Source of the DNA: Streptococcaceae bacterium
GTDB taxonomy: Bacteria > Bacillota > Bacilli > Lactobacillales > Streptococcaceae
Direction of reading: 5' to 3'
NCBI GenBank assembly: GCA_031270215.1
Contig: JAISYB010000094.1
Coordinates: 1-37,874, forward strand
Length of the DNA stretch: 37,874 nt
Positions 10,374 through 20,000 of the stretch are shown piece by piece; the first letter of the stretch is position 1; each line of letters starts with the position of its first letter. The translations under genes were made by a program, and so were the position numbers. Below the pieces are notes generated by a model that saw only the letters and a list, made by a program, of their open reading frames with translations, did no database searches and was not told the DNA's origin.

Positions 10374-10500
10374 AAACAAAAAAGCGAACCTATCAATCAT
10401 AGACCCGCTCAAATGACTTTGTGATATAAAGCCAACTTAGTACTTATCTAGCCCAGGAACACGTATTCACTAAGGCGAGAAGCGGGTGCTTCTACTTTCA
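10374..10500 (-). promoter_or_regulatory. L20 ribosomal protein leader
   Basis: AAGTAGAAGCACCCGCTTCTC...GAGCGGGTCTAT..ATAGGTTCGCTTTTTT upstream of infC, with alternative terminator/antiterminator pairing. Confidence 0.92.
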
Positions 10501-10516
10501 TTTTCTCAACTTTCTC

Positions 10517-10545
10517 AGTCTACACCAAATCAATCCGCTTGTCAA
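10517..10545 (-). promoter_or_regulatory. infC operon promoter
   Basis: TTGACA-17-TAGACT. Confidence 0.8.
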
Positions 10546-10555
10546 TTACCTCTTA

Positions 10556-12013
10556 CTATTTGTTTTTCATTTTTTCGGCACGTACTTTCAATAATTCTTC
10601 GACAAGATTCATCCAATCAATCGATCGGGTTGGGACTGTCCAGATGACGCAAACGCATTTTGTTAATTTTTTATTACGAATATCAGTTAAAAATAAATCA
10701 ACATTTCGGCTGGAGCGAACTTGAAAACGAAGATTAAAAACGCTAATTTTCTCGATTTTCTTGCGAATCATTTCGTTATACTCCTTGCCCATTGAAAAAT
10801 CAATGCAAATATTGATTGGCGCAATAATATCCTTCAAGGACAAGCAGTTGATTAAAAGCAGTAAATATTCTAAAAACAGATATTCCAGGCATGATGAAAT
10901 CCACTGATTACCAATGTTTTGTTTGATATATTTTTTGCAAAAAACAAAATATTCCTGATATGTTTCCAAAAAATAAGTCATATCGATTGTGTTTAATTTG
11001 TTTAATACTTCAATTTGTGAAAAAATACATTTGAAATGAATTAAGGTCAAACGCTTTTCAAACTTCTTTTCATCAAGATTTGCTGTTGGAAATGCTCGCT
11101 TTAAGTCAGCCTTGAATTTCTGATTTAATGTCTGTAGCGGCTTAATCGATTCCACAAGATTTTCAGGGGAAATAGCTACCATATCCTCAGCTATGAAAAA
11201 AAGAACAATCCGTCGTGCTTCGAAGACAATAGAGCTATCATCTTCGGTTTTTGAGAATTCACTTAAAACCTTGGATATTTTTTTGAGATAGAGCTTCAAA
11301 ACAGGAATAAAGTAAATTTGTCGATAATGCGGCATTTTAGTTAACAAATGTTTTCGTTCCATCCGAATTAAATTAATTGCTAAAAAATGTGTCAATTTGC
11401 TTCTTGTGTACTCGCTAATTTCAGAGATAACAAACACCGCTTCAAATGCCAAAATTTGCCGCTTGATATCAGACACTAAATACTCTGGGTAAATATCTGT
11501 ATCTCTTTTGTGGACTTTCAGCCAGAGAAAACCGATGAAATTTCTGATACTGTTTTCGTTTCCGATTAATTTAAAATCCTTACTAATCTCAATTTCTAAC
11601 GCCGAAAGTGTTTGCTTTAATTTTCTAAATTCCTTATAAGCCAAAGTATGACTAATAAATTGTTCGCGTGCAAAAGCGGTAATTGATTCACAGCTTTCCC
11701 AAAAGAACTGCTCCAAAAGCAAAAATTGAATTGAATTTTTAATATAGATTGCCTCAACATCCTTTGATAGTGCATTTCTGTTTTCTAAAAGCTTGATATC
11801 ATTTTTATCGTAAATAATACTAGTCCCTTCGTTTAATTCATAATTAACGAAATCCGCATTTAGCTCATCAATAATTTTTCCAAGTAGAAAATCAGATAAT
11901 GTCAAATCATTCACAGCCTGATCTTTAGAAACAGTAAATAACGTTCGATCCTCTAAATATCGTAAAAGAGCAAGTTTTCGCCTGCTTACCTTATCTAAAA
12001 ACATCGTGAACAT
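10556..12013 (-). CDS. Mga/AtxA-like helix-turn-helix regulator
   Basis: 485 aa; FLDK..RRKL.LL N-terminus, SITAFAREQFIS.TL.Y, LIGNE..IR, C-terminal EIIB-like ICIDFS.G..Y; last gene of the WxL cluster. Confidence 0.85.
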   Translation of the reverse strand: MFTMFLDKVSRRKLALLRYLEDRTLFTVSKDQAVNDLTLSDFLLGKIIDELNADFVNYELNEGTSIIYDKNDIKLLENRNALSKDVEAIYIKNSIQFLLLEQFFWESCESITAFAREQFISHTLAYKEFRKLKQTLSALEIEISKDFKLIGNENSIRNFIGFLWLKVHKRDTDIYPEYLVSDIKRQILAFEAVFVISEISEYTRSKLTHFLAINLIRMERKHLLTKMPHYRQIYFIPVLKLYLKKISKVLSEFSKTEDDSSIVFEARRIVLFFIAEDMVAISPENLVESIKPLQTLNQKFKADLKRAFPTANLDEKKFEKRLTLIHFKCIFSQIEVLNKLNTIDMTYFLETYQEYFVFCKKYIKQNIGNQWISSCLEYLFLEYLLLLINCLSLKDIIAPINICIDFSMGKEYNEMIRKKIEKISVFNLRFQVRSSRNVDLFLTDIRNKKLTKCVCVIWTVPTRSIDWMNLVEELLKVRAEKMKNK

Positions 12014-12117
12014 AATATCTTTCCCTCACATTTATCTTTTTAAATAAAACCCAGCTAAAATGAGTTGACTATCGGTTTTAATTCAAGTATTTCAAGCGTA
12101 ATTATTTAACAAATTTT

Positions 12118-12897
12118 TCACTTAATTTTGCGCAATAAGTAATGCTTCAAGCTGATGACAATGATAATTAACAGCCAAATCACTGCAATCCAAATCCATG
12201 AAATCACCACACCATATGTCGCTTGATTAATTCCTTGCTTTTGTTTTGGCGCCTCTTTTCTGAGCTGTTGAGCTGTAGTAATCGATATTTTCTTGCCTTG
12301 AAGGACTAAACGCTGATTAGTTCTCTGGGGAGTTTTGCAGGTAATCAGAGTCAATTCGCTTTTTCCATTATCCCTCAACACTGACAAATCAGTTTCAACA
12401 ACCTCTTTAATAGCGGTAATTTGATAAAAAGCCTCCGTTTTCAAATACACAAGGTGGGCAATATCGCCAACCTTTGCTTTCGTTAACGGTCCAAAAAGAA
12501 GCTGGGTAATTCCCAAATGATGTCCTGCAATGACAACATTATGCCGATCAACTGTCCGCTCCGGATAAAAGACTACACCACCAACACTTAGATTTTCATT
12601 AGTTATCCCTATAAGCAGCGGTTCTTCCCAATCAAGTGATTCAATCCCTATACTTCCGTAGACATTTTTCACCTGAGTTGTTCGATTGAAAACATCGGCT
12701 AATTTGATCGGTTGAATTTTTTCTTCATCAGGAATGTTCTTAGGTATCGTATCGACCTGAACCATTCGATTTTGTGTTACGGAAATGCCAATCAAGCTGT
12801 TTTTAATGTATGGTAAAAAAATTAAAATGATCCCTAACATCAACAACGCATCAATAACGAGCACGACAAAAATATTAACGTTCCCTTTTCGCATCAT
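12118..12897 (-). CDS. Sortase (class A-like catalytic domain, N- and C-terminal membrane segments)
   Basis: IAGHH, TLITC and downstream R catalytic triad; start probably ATG 12897 (alternative 12924). Confidence 0.92.
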   Translation of the reverse strand: MMRKGNVNIFVVLVIDALLMLGIILIFLPYIKNSLIGISVTQNRMVQVDTIPKNIPDEEKIQPIKLADVFNRTTQVKNVYGSIGIESLDWEEPLLIGITNENLSVGGVVFYPERTVDRHNVVIAGHHLGITQLLFGPLTKAKVGDIAHLVYLKTEAFYQITAIKEVVETDLSVLRDNGKSELTLITCKTPQRTNQRLVLQGKKISITTAQQLRKEAPKQKQGINQATYGVVISWIWIAVIWLLIIIVISLKHYLLRKIK

Positions 12898-13996
12898 GCC
12901 GATTCCTTCTTTGACGAGACTCATCTTCTTTTTTCTTTCTGCGGTATAAAAGCAAAATTAGAAGTAATGCCACTAGTAAAAGCAAAATTCCAATCAAAAT
13001 ATAAATCCACCAATTATTATCCTCAATCGTCACATCTTTTGCATTGAGCCTTTTAGCTGTTGCTTCAAAAATCGTAAAATCCTTGTCAAATTCCCATTTA
13101 TCTCGGTATCTTTCAGTCTCCCCTTTCTCATTTTTGACTTCGTATTGCCCATCATCGCTTTTATTACCGTAAGCAATGGACTTCAAATGATATTTTCCGC
13201 CCTTTAGCTTTTCACCATTAAGCGAAATTGGATATGAAAAATGTGAATTAGGCGCTACCTGCATACCACCGGCAGATGATGAGTAAAGTACTTTGGAATC
13301 TCCTTTACGTGTCACGGAATTGATTAATCTCAATTGATTTAAATAAGCTGATTGGTAATTTTGCAAGCTCACGTTGATGACATTTCTAGCATTAACTTGA
13401 CCTGCAGCCACATCTGTTAATCGCAAATCCGGATTAACCACGGTATCGGTTTGGTGCATCAGAATTGCTACGACATAGGAATATTCATTCTTAATCGCCA
13501 GACCTTTGCCATCATTATCCTCCTGTTTCTCAGGCGCTTCCTTTTCCTTGAAGGTAATCCCTCCGGCAATCACACCATCAAACGCTTCATTTGGCATTGT
13601 TACCTTAATTTGCAGCGTCAGCTTAGATTGCTTTTTAATGGTCACTTCACGCTCTACTTGTCCCAGCTCTTTTAAATTATGCTTCAAAGACGAATCTGGT
13701 TTAATTTTATTTACGCCATATTCTACAACGCCGTTTAAGTTCGTGGTCGCGCTATTGATTGTATTTTCAATTACTACATCATTTGGTGTATCATTTCTTA
13801 AATTGACTTCAAGCACCTGCTCTTGCCCTTGGGACATTTTCAAATCAAAATAGGTTTTCGATTTATCAATTTGATTTTCAGGTATTATTGGTTCGACTGA
13901 AAAATTAAATTCAGAAGCCGAAACAGCCTGTGCTGATAAGCAAAATCTCAAAGCTGCAAACAAAGTTAGTAGTAATAATTTATTCCTTTTCATCAC
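12875..13996 (-). CDS. DUF916/DUF3324 WxL-associated membrane protein (CscA-like)
   Basis: FSVEP.IPENQID...YFDL, A.TN.NG.VEY, FDG.I.GGI, I.NEYSY, C-terminal TM plus basic tail. Confidence 0.93.
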   Translation of the reverse strand: MMKRNKLLLLTLFAALRFCLSAQAVSASEFNFSVEPIIPENQIDKSKTYFDLKMSQGQEQVLEVNLRNDTPNDVVIENTINSATTNLNGVVEYGVNKIKPDSSLKHNLKELGQVEREVTIKKQSKLTLQIKVTMPNEAFDGVIAGGITFKEKEAPEKQEDNDGKGLAIKNEYSYVVAILMHQTDTVVNPDLRLTDVAAGQVNARNVINVSLQNYQSAYLNQLRLINSVTRKGDSKVLYSSSAGGMQVAPNSHFSYPISLNGEKLKGGKYHLKSIAYGNKSDDGQYEVKNEKGETERYRDKWEFDKDFTIFEATAKRLNAKDVTIEDNNWWIYILIGILLLLVALLLILLLYRRKKKEDESRQRRNRHDAKRER

Positions 13997-14032
13997 AAAT
14001 TTCTCCCTATTTCCAGATTTCTAAAAAATCGA

Positions 14033-14060
14033 AGTCATTAATCAAAGCTGATTAATGACT
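14033..14060 (-). terminator. Intra-operon hairpin after the last small WxL gene
   Basis: Perfect 12-bp stem AGTCATTAATCA/TGATTAATGACT followed by TCGATTTTTT. Confidence 0.7.
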
Positions 14061-14073
14061 ACGCGTTTTACCT

Positions 14074-14814
14074 TTAATTACCCGGTGTGTCAGATAAAAT
14101 CCAAGTAAATGTTGTCGTATATTTACTTGCATATTTGGTCGTTGAACCCGGAACTTCGATTGAGATACTGTTTTTAGCAGTATCAACACTATTACCCCAA
14201 TCCATCAAATGCGTTCCTGCACCCTGTCCATTTTTCGCACTCATAACTAATGATTCTGAGGCATCTGTTGCTAAGACAATTGTGCTAGATACGTTTGCCG
14301 GTTTAGGAGATTGAGAGTTTGTGACAACATTACCATTTTTAAAGGTAATTTTTGCACCCGTCAATTCCTTATCGGCGCTTGTTTTAAATTGACCATTTTG
14401 TTTCACCTTCAATGTCCAACCTGTTTCTACACCCCGATTATCTGTTACTTGAACGAAGTTTGGTCCTTCTTTGTCGGCACCAGCGGAGTCTTTATATTTT
14501 TGCGCTCCTGCAAAATACGTTTCCGTTTTAGAACTAATTTTTTGTGAACCAAAAGATAAGCTTGATGCGAAATCAATTGATAGAGGACCTGCGGTTCCTC
14601 CAGGTGTTGGTCCAGTTGGATCTTCCGGAGTAATTGGATCACTTGGATCCGGATCTAGCGGATCAACTGGGTCAGTCGTACTTGTATTAGTTGTAAATTC
14701 AATTATCCCATTGGTTGTCAATTCTCCACCGTCTGCTGCAAAAGAAATCCCACTACTTAAAACCGCTGAGCCTAAAAGTATAGCAGATAATGCTGCAATT
14801 TTTTGTTTTTTCAT
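14074..14814 (-). CDS. Small WxL domain protein
   Basis: Signal peptide, Pro/Asp linker, GPLSIDFAS.L.FG, VQVTD.RG...GWTL, Y.TT.TWIL.DTP. Confidence 0.95.
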   Translation of the reverse strand: MKKQKIAALSAILLGSAVLSSGISFAADGGELTTNGIIEFTTNTSTTDPVDPLDPDPSDPITPEDPTGPTPGGTAGPLSIDFASSLSFGSQKISSKTETYFAGAQKYKDSAGADKEGPNFVQVTDNRGVETGWTLKVKQNGQFKTSADKELTGAKITFKNGNVVTNSQSPKPANVSSTIVLATDASESLVMSAKNGQGAGTHLMDWGNSVDTAKNSISIEVPGSTTKYASKYTTTFTWILSDTPGN

Positions 14815-14855
14815 TATTATTCTCCTATTTATAAAATGATTTTAATTACCACGTC

Positions 14856-15635
14856 CTAGTTGCCAGGTACCTCTGATAATGTCCATGTCAGAGTTGTGCT
14901 ATATTTAACTGCATCCTTAGGTGTTTTACCCGGTACTGCTAGAGCAATATCTTTAGTAACCTGTGCCTTGACATCTTTATCACCTGCGTCTTTTTCAGTC
15001 ACTTCCTCAACTTTACCCCATAAATTAACCCATGTTCCCGCACCGGCATCCTTTTTAGCACTAAATACTAAGCTTTCATTTCCCGCCGGATCTAGAGTAA
15101 TCGTTGCATTAGCATCAGGCGCCGTCACGCCAACTGCATTTGAGTCAACCTTTGGATCAGTAAATGTAATAACCGCACCGGTCAACTTTTTATTTAATGT
15201 TGTACTGTTGGTAAATTGAGCATTTTGTTTTACCTTCAACGTCCAGCCTGCATTACTACCCCGATTATCACTAATCTGAACATAGTTTGGTGTCAATAAG
15301 CTATCCGGACTACCATCATCTTTCTTATACCTTTGAGCTCTGGCATAATAGATTTCGTCCTGTGTTGAAATTTTATTCAGACCAAAATCAAGACTTGACG
15401 CATAGTCAATTGATAATGGACCACTTGTTCCATCTGTTGGTCCTGACGGATCAGTCGGATCAACCGGTTTAACCGGATTTTCTGGGTCGGGATCAAGTGG
15501 GTTGATTGGCACTGACGGATCATTATTTGCTCTAAAATCAACTGTTCCGTTTGAGTCATAGGTGGCTGAAACAGCCGGTATCGCAAAAGCGCCCAAAATT
15601 CCTAAGCTTGCTAGTGTAACAATGGTTTTTTTCAT
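14856..15635 (-). CDS. Small WxL domain protein
   Basis: Signal peptide, GPLSIDYAS.LDFG, QISDNRG..AGWTL, YSTTLTWTL. Confidence 0.95.
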   Translation of the reverse strand: MKKTIVTLASLGILGAFAIPAVSATYDSNGTVDFRANNDPSVPINPLDPDPENPVKPVDPTDPSGPTDGTSGPLSIDYASSLDFGLNKISTQDEIYYARAQRYKKDDGSPDSLLTPNYVQISDNRGSNAGWTLKVKQNAQFTNSTTLNKKLTGAVITFTDPKVDSNAVGVTAPDANATITLDPAGNESLVFSAKKDAGAGTWVNLWGKVEEVTEKDAGDKDVKAQVTKDIALAVPGKTPKDAVKYSTTLTWTLSEVPGN

Positions 15636-15708
15636 ATAACACTCCTTTTTGTTTAGTAAATATTGTGCAGCAGGTATTTAGCCTGCTGGAATATCTAGAC
15701 TTTCACAT

Positions 15709-16401
15709 CTACGGTACTGCCTTAATGCTCCACGTTAATGTGGTGAGATATTTCTTTGCTAATTTGACAGATTGTCCCGGCACACTAAGTCGAATAGCTG
15801 TCTGTCCTTCGGTGTTATCCTTGCCAAATTTGTAAATCCACGTTCCCATTCCTCGCCCTACTGAGGCATTCATCACGATTTTCTCCTGATTAGGAATAAA
15901 AATGTATTCAGTCACAGCGGTTGGTTGATAAGCGTCAGCCATCGTTGAAGCCATTGCTGCATTGACAAACGAAAGCGTTGCTCCGTTTAATGTTTCATTT
16001 TCTTGCGTTTTAAACTGACCGCCTTGAGTGACACTTAATGTCCAGCCCTCTTGTACGCCACGTTTATCAGTCACTTGAACATAATTTGGACCTTCGCTGC
16101 CATCTTTAAATTTTTGTAATAACGCATAGTAGGTTTTAGTAGTTGTCACAATTTTTTGCGCTCCAAATTGAAAATGTGATGCAAAATCAATCGACAGCGG
16201 TCCAGCGGTTCCCGGCTGTGTTGGCTCTACAGGTTCAACTGGTATTGTTGGATCAATAGGATCAACTGGCAATGTTGGATCAGAGTCTGCTTCAAAGCTA
16301 ACCGCATCAGCTGAATCAAGATCCTCAGCAAGAATCGTTGGGCATTCTAACAGGCTACTTAAAATAACAACGTTCACTAAAAACACTGCATATTTTTTCA
16401 C
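15709..16401 (-). CDS. Small WxL domain protein
   Basis: GTG start; GPLSIDFAS.FQFG, VQVTDKRG..GWTL, Y.TTLTWSI. Confidence 0.93.
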   Translation of the reverse strand: MKKYAVFLVNVVILSSLLECPTILAEDLDSADAVSFEADSDPTLPVDPIDPTIPVEPVEPTQPGTAGPLSIDFASHFQFGAQKIVTTTKTYYALLQKFKDGSEGPNYVQVTDKRGVQEGWTLSVTQGGQFKTQENETLNGATLSFVNAAMASTMADAYQPTAVTEYIFIPNQEKIVMNASVGRGMGTWIYKFGKDNTEGQTAIRLSVPGQSVKLAKKYLTTLTWSIKAVP

Positions 16402-16675
16402 TTGCTTTCCCCCTTAAATTGATAAATAAACCAACCACCAGAAGTGCAAATCCTAATAGCTGAACTTGATTGAAATGGTTATCTCCGGTCGAAGGAAGAA
16501 TTTCCTCTCCGGCAGCATTGAATTGATTTGTTTCACTTTCCTTTGGATATTCGTACTTACCGAAAAATGCTGCTTGAGCATTATTGTCATAGCCTTCACC
16601 ATCGTCTGCAATACATGTTGTAAATACACTAAAACTCGTCAATAAAACAAGACAGATCCGTATTAAATACCTCAT
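16355..16675 (-). CDS. Small LPXTG-anchored protein (CscD-like)
   Basis: Signal peptide, LPSTG, hydrophobic segment; AGAAAGGAGG RBS. Confidence 0.9.
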   Translation of the reverse strand: MRYLIRICLVLLTSFSVFTTCIADDGEGYDNNAQAAFFGKYEYPKESETNQFNAAGEEILPSTGDNHFNQVQLLGFALLVVGLFINLRGKASEKICSVFSERCYFK

Positions 16676-16772
16676 GAAATTTCAAACCTCCTTTCTAAAA
16701 TTTTAATCCTGTTGACTCAGAAATATGAGTAAGATTAAAGTTTGTATATCAAACAAAATTTCGTTAAATATT

Positions 16773-17000
16773 GAGGCTGGGATAAAGTTTGGCACCGCTG
16801 TTATGTTCGTGATTCATGTGGGACAAGCATGCCGACTAGCCAGCACCTAAGGGGAAAGCCGCCAAGGCACGTTGATACTAGCTTTTCCGTAACCACTAAA
16901 GCGGCAGCTTCATTGCCTAGAAAGCGAAAATTTTTGAACATTGGCGAATATTTGCCTCAATTTACTATTTGCTACGTCGTTAAACGCTGCTGCCGCCTTC
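16773..17000 (+). repeat. Dispersed intergenic repeat, longest copy
   Basis: Long blocks shared with the reverse complement of 32802-33105, e.g. ACTAGCTTTTCCGTAA, TGCCTAGAAAGCGAAAATTT, GTCGTTAAACGCT. Confidence 0.85.
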
Positions 17001-17012
17001 GCTACATATTCT

Positions 17013-20000
17013 CTATGGTCCACTTGGTGCAGAAACCAAACTCCATGAAAGTTTGCCTTCGTAATCACCCTTTATTTGCAATTCAACCGGAACAGTTAGC
17101 TTCAAGCCACTCTGGTTCACTGCTCCCCAGCTTTGATTAACAATGTAATCTTGGTCACTGGTCAATTCCTTTTCTTCAATGAGAACATCAAAGCTTCCAA
17201 GAATTGTTTCCTGATTTTGTTTGATAAATGACAGACAACCAGATAAATGAAAATTCTTGTTTTTTAAAGTTAGCGGTTTTTCTTCCTTAACCGTCAATTT
17301 CCATGGACTTCTCTGAGTACCGCGTGTATCCTTAACTGTCAAATTCCCTGTAATCACCGGCCAATTAGTCTTAGGCGCCGTACTTACCTTTACTGTTCCA
17401 AAATCAATATCACTCGGCACTTCAATTAATTTTAATTCGCCGCCGACTGAAACATTGACTGTTTTATTTAAGGTTTCACCGTCAAAAGTATAGCTATACT
17501 TTGTCGACACGTCCTTAGTTAATTCCGAAGCATTGGCTTGTTGAATAGAGGTAAAAACATCTGCCGGAAGTGATAATTCGTCTGTCGATTCATCACTATG
17601 GATTGCAATAGCTTTAGTATATTTCGCAAGGTCGGACACATCAGCTAAAGCATTGGCTTGCTGAAGCTTTATTTGCACATCCTTAGCGTAAATAGCAAAG
17701 TTTCGCTTAGCCGCTACCACACTACCGTCTTTAACGACAATTAGTTTAATAGTCTTTGTCTGATAATTTGTTGTGGTATCCCCTGCTTTAAAAGTAATCT
17801 CATGTGTGCGCGAAATATCTCCGTTATTTAGCGGTTGTCTGATTGCACTTAGCTCATCAGCTGAAAGCTGACTTGTCAAAAACGGTCTGCCAGTCGCACC
17901 TGTTATAGCAATCACTGACTGATCCGTATTAAGAGTTGCCGCTTCACTTTCAGTGATGATAACATTCTTCGCATCTACCTGTGCGCCATTAGAGTATTTT
18001 ACTTTAACCTGATAGCTATATGTTCCATCAGAAGAAGACCAATCAATTTGCTGAGAATCACTTTGTTCGCCATATGTAACTGGCGTACTACCAACTTGAC
18101 TTGAAGTTACCTCAGCATGATAAATCCACGATTCTGTTGTCGTTATTTCAGGAATAAGGCTTATGGTAGGATTAATTCCATTAGTAGACGGCATAATCAA
18201 TCGCCCTTTTTGGACTTTTTCACCGGCAATATCACTACCCCAAACCTTTATCGCAAGTGGTTGATTATCCACCTTAACCTCACTGACATTATGAGTAACA
18301 AATCCTTTCCCTTCAGCAATAGGAGGCTTTTCTACTTCATAATCAATCGTTGAACCCGGAATCGCAAGCCCGTAACCGTTACTACTGCTGGTTTTGACAT
18401 CGTTATCCCCAATAAAAGTCTTTCCTGTTGCTTTTTCAATCCCTCTAAAGTTGAATGGAATAATATTTTTAGCATTTTGAATTTGTGGATTAAAGGTTAG
18501 AACTTGATAAGCCTTCATTGCGCCAAACCATGTACCGTTACTATTAACTTGTTTAACTTCATCTCCTGTTGTATTTTTAATCCATGTTAATGTATCCTCT
18601 AGCTCATCTGGTCCCAAGAAATCCGAAACATTGATTTTTCCTGTGCCTGGCGGGGATTCAATCGTTCCTGTGCCGTCAACCTCAAGCAGTCCGCCTGAGA
18701 TATAGCCTGTACTGCTGCTAATACCAATACCACCGCCTTTTGATAGACTAATCGTCCCAAATTTGTGATAACTTGTGCCGTGATTAGCCGCTGTGGCACC
18801 TAAGCCATTGCGAATATTACCACTGCTGGACATTAATTTAACGCCATTAGTCACATTTAACTGTGTAAAATTATTAACTCCAATGCCTGTCACATCAATC
18901 GGATCTACCGGAAAATTTCCTGTACCGTCAACATCTGCTCCAAAATTAAAGATTGATTGTGCCGTACCATTTTCATAAATGGTGTTTGTTAAATTATCGC
19001 TCCCAGATCCACCGGACAAACCGGCAATACTTTCGGCACCCTGAACATTTGCCACCACATCTCGCAGCCAGCGAGTTTTATTGCTCTCCGTGATTGTATT
19101 GCTGTATTGTGTCGCGTAGAGTTTACCGATTTTTGAGCCTGTCGCTTGGATATTCATGATAATCTTACCACTCTTGGCTGAGCTAGCACTATTAGTACTA
19201 CCACCCCCATCACCATAGATGTCAGCACCATTAAGAGAGTTGACTCCAGGTTTAGTAAAGATGTTGAGCGTGATTGTATTACTCTCATCTGTTCCCAGAT
19301 TAGTATTGTGATCATACGGTCTACCACCAGAGATGAAGGTGTTTGAGGGGAGTTTAAACTCATTATCATAGTTTCTTAAATCAATCGTCAGCTTCGCATT
19401 ACCAAGGAGTGATCCGCTGTTTGTTATCCCACCGGAAAAACCATTCGCACCGGTTCTTGGTGTTCCTGAAAAATCGCCACCATAAATGCGATTATCGGAA
19501 TTTCCTGTCACAGTGTGCCCTGATGAGGTCCCGTATGACGCACCCATTGAAGCATTAATCACACCGTTATAGACGTTAACACCTACATCGCCAACAATCG
19601 TTTTATCATTCCAGCCGCCGCCAGTTAAGAACCAATTGACTTGACCATTATAGACAGTTGCTTTGGTATTCCCATAAATTCGGTCATTGTTATAGCCGCC
19701 GCCCTCACAAGTATCAAGCAAGCCTGCATTAAGAACAATCGAGCTATCTCCGTCAATCACACCGCTATAGCCGCCGCCATAGGTCCACCTCATCACCGAA
19801 TTATTAATCACTGTCTTCGTGTTACCATAAACATAATTTGACCATTCGGCACCCGGCCTGCCACCAGCACCAACTAAATCCCAATTATCAACAGCATTTG
19901 CCCAGTCGTTTTTAGTCGAACTATACTTTAATTCTTCTGCAGTTGGTGGTTTGTGCCGATAGACGATATTATCAGCACTCATCTTACCATCAGCTGTTTT

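Noticed and set aside
16829..17140. 103-aa plus-strand ORF (and 32769..32987 minus)
   Set aside because: Both run through non-coding repeat elements; reading frames are not conserved between copies.
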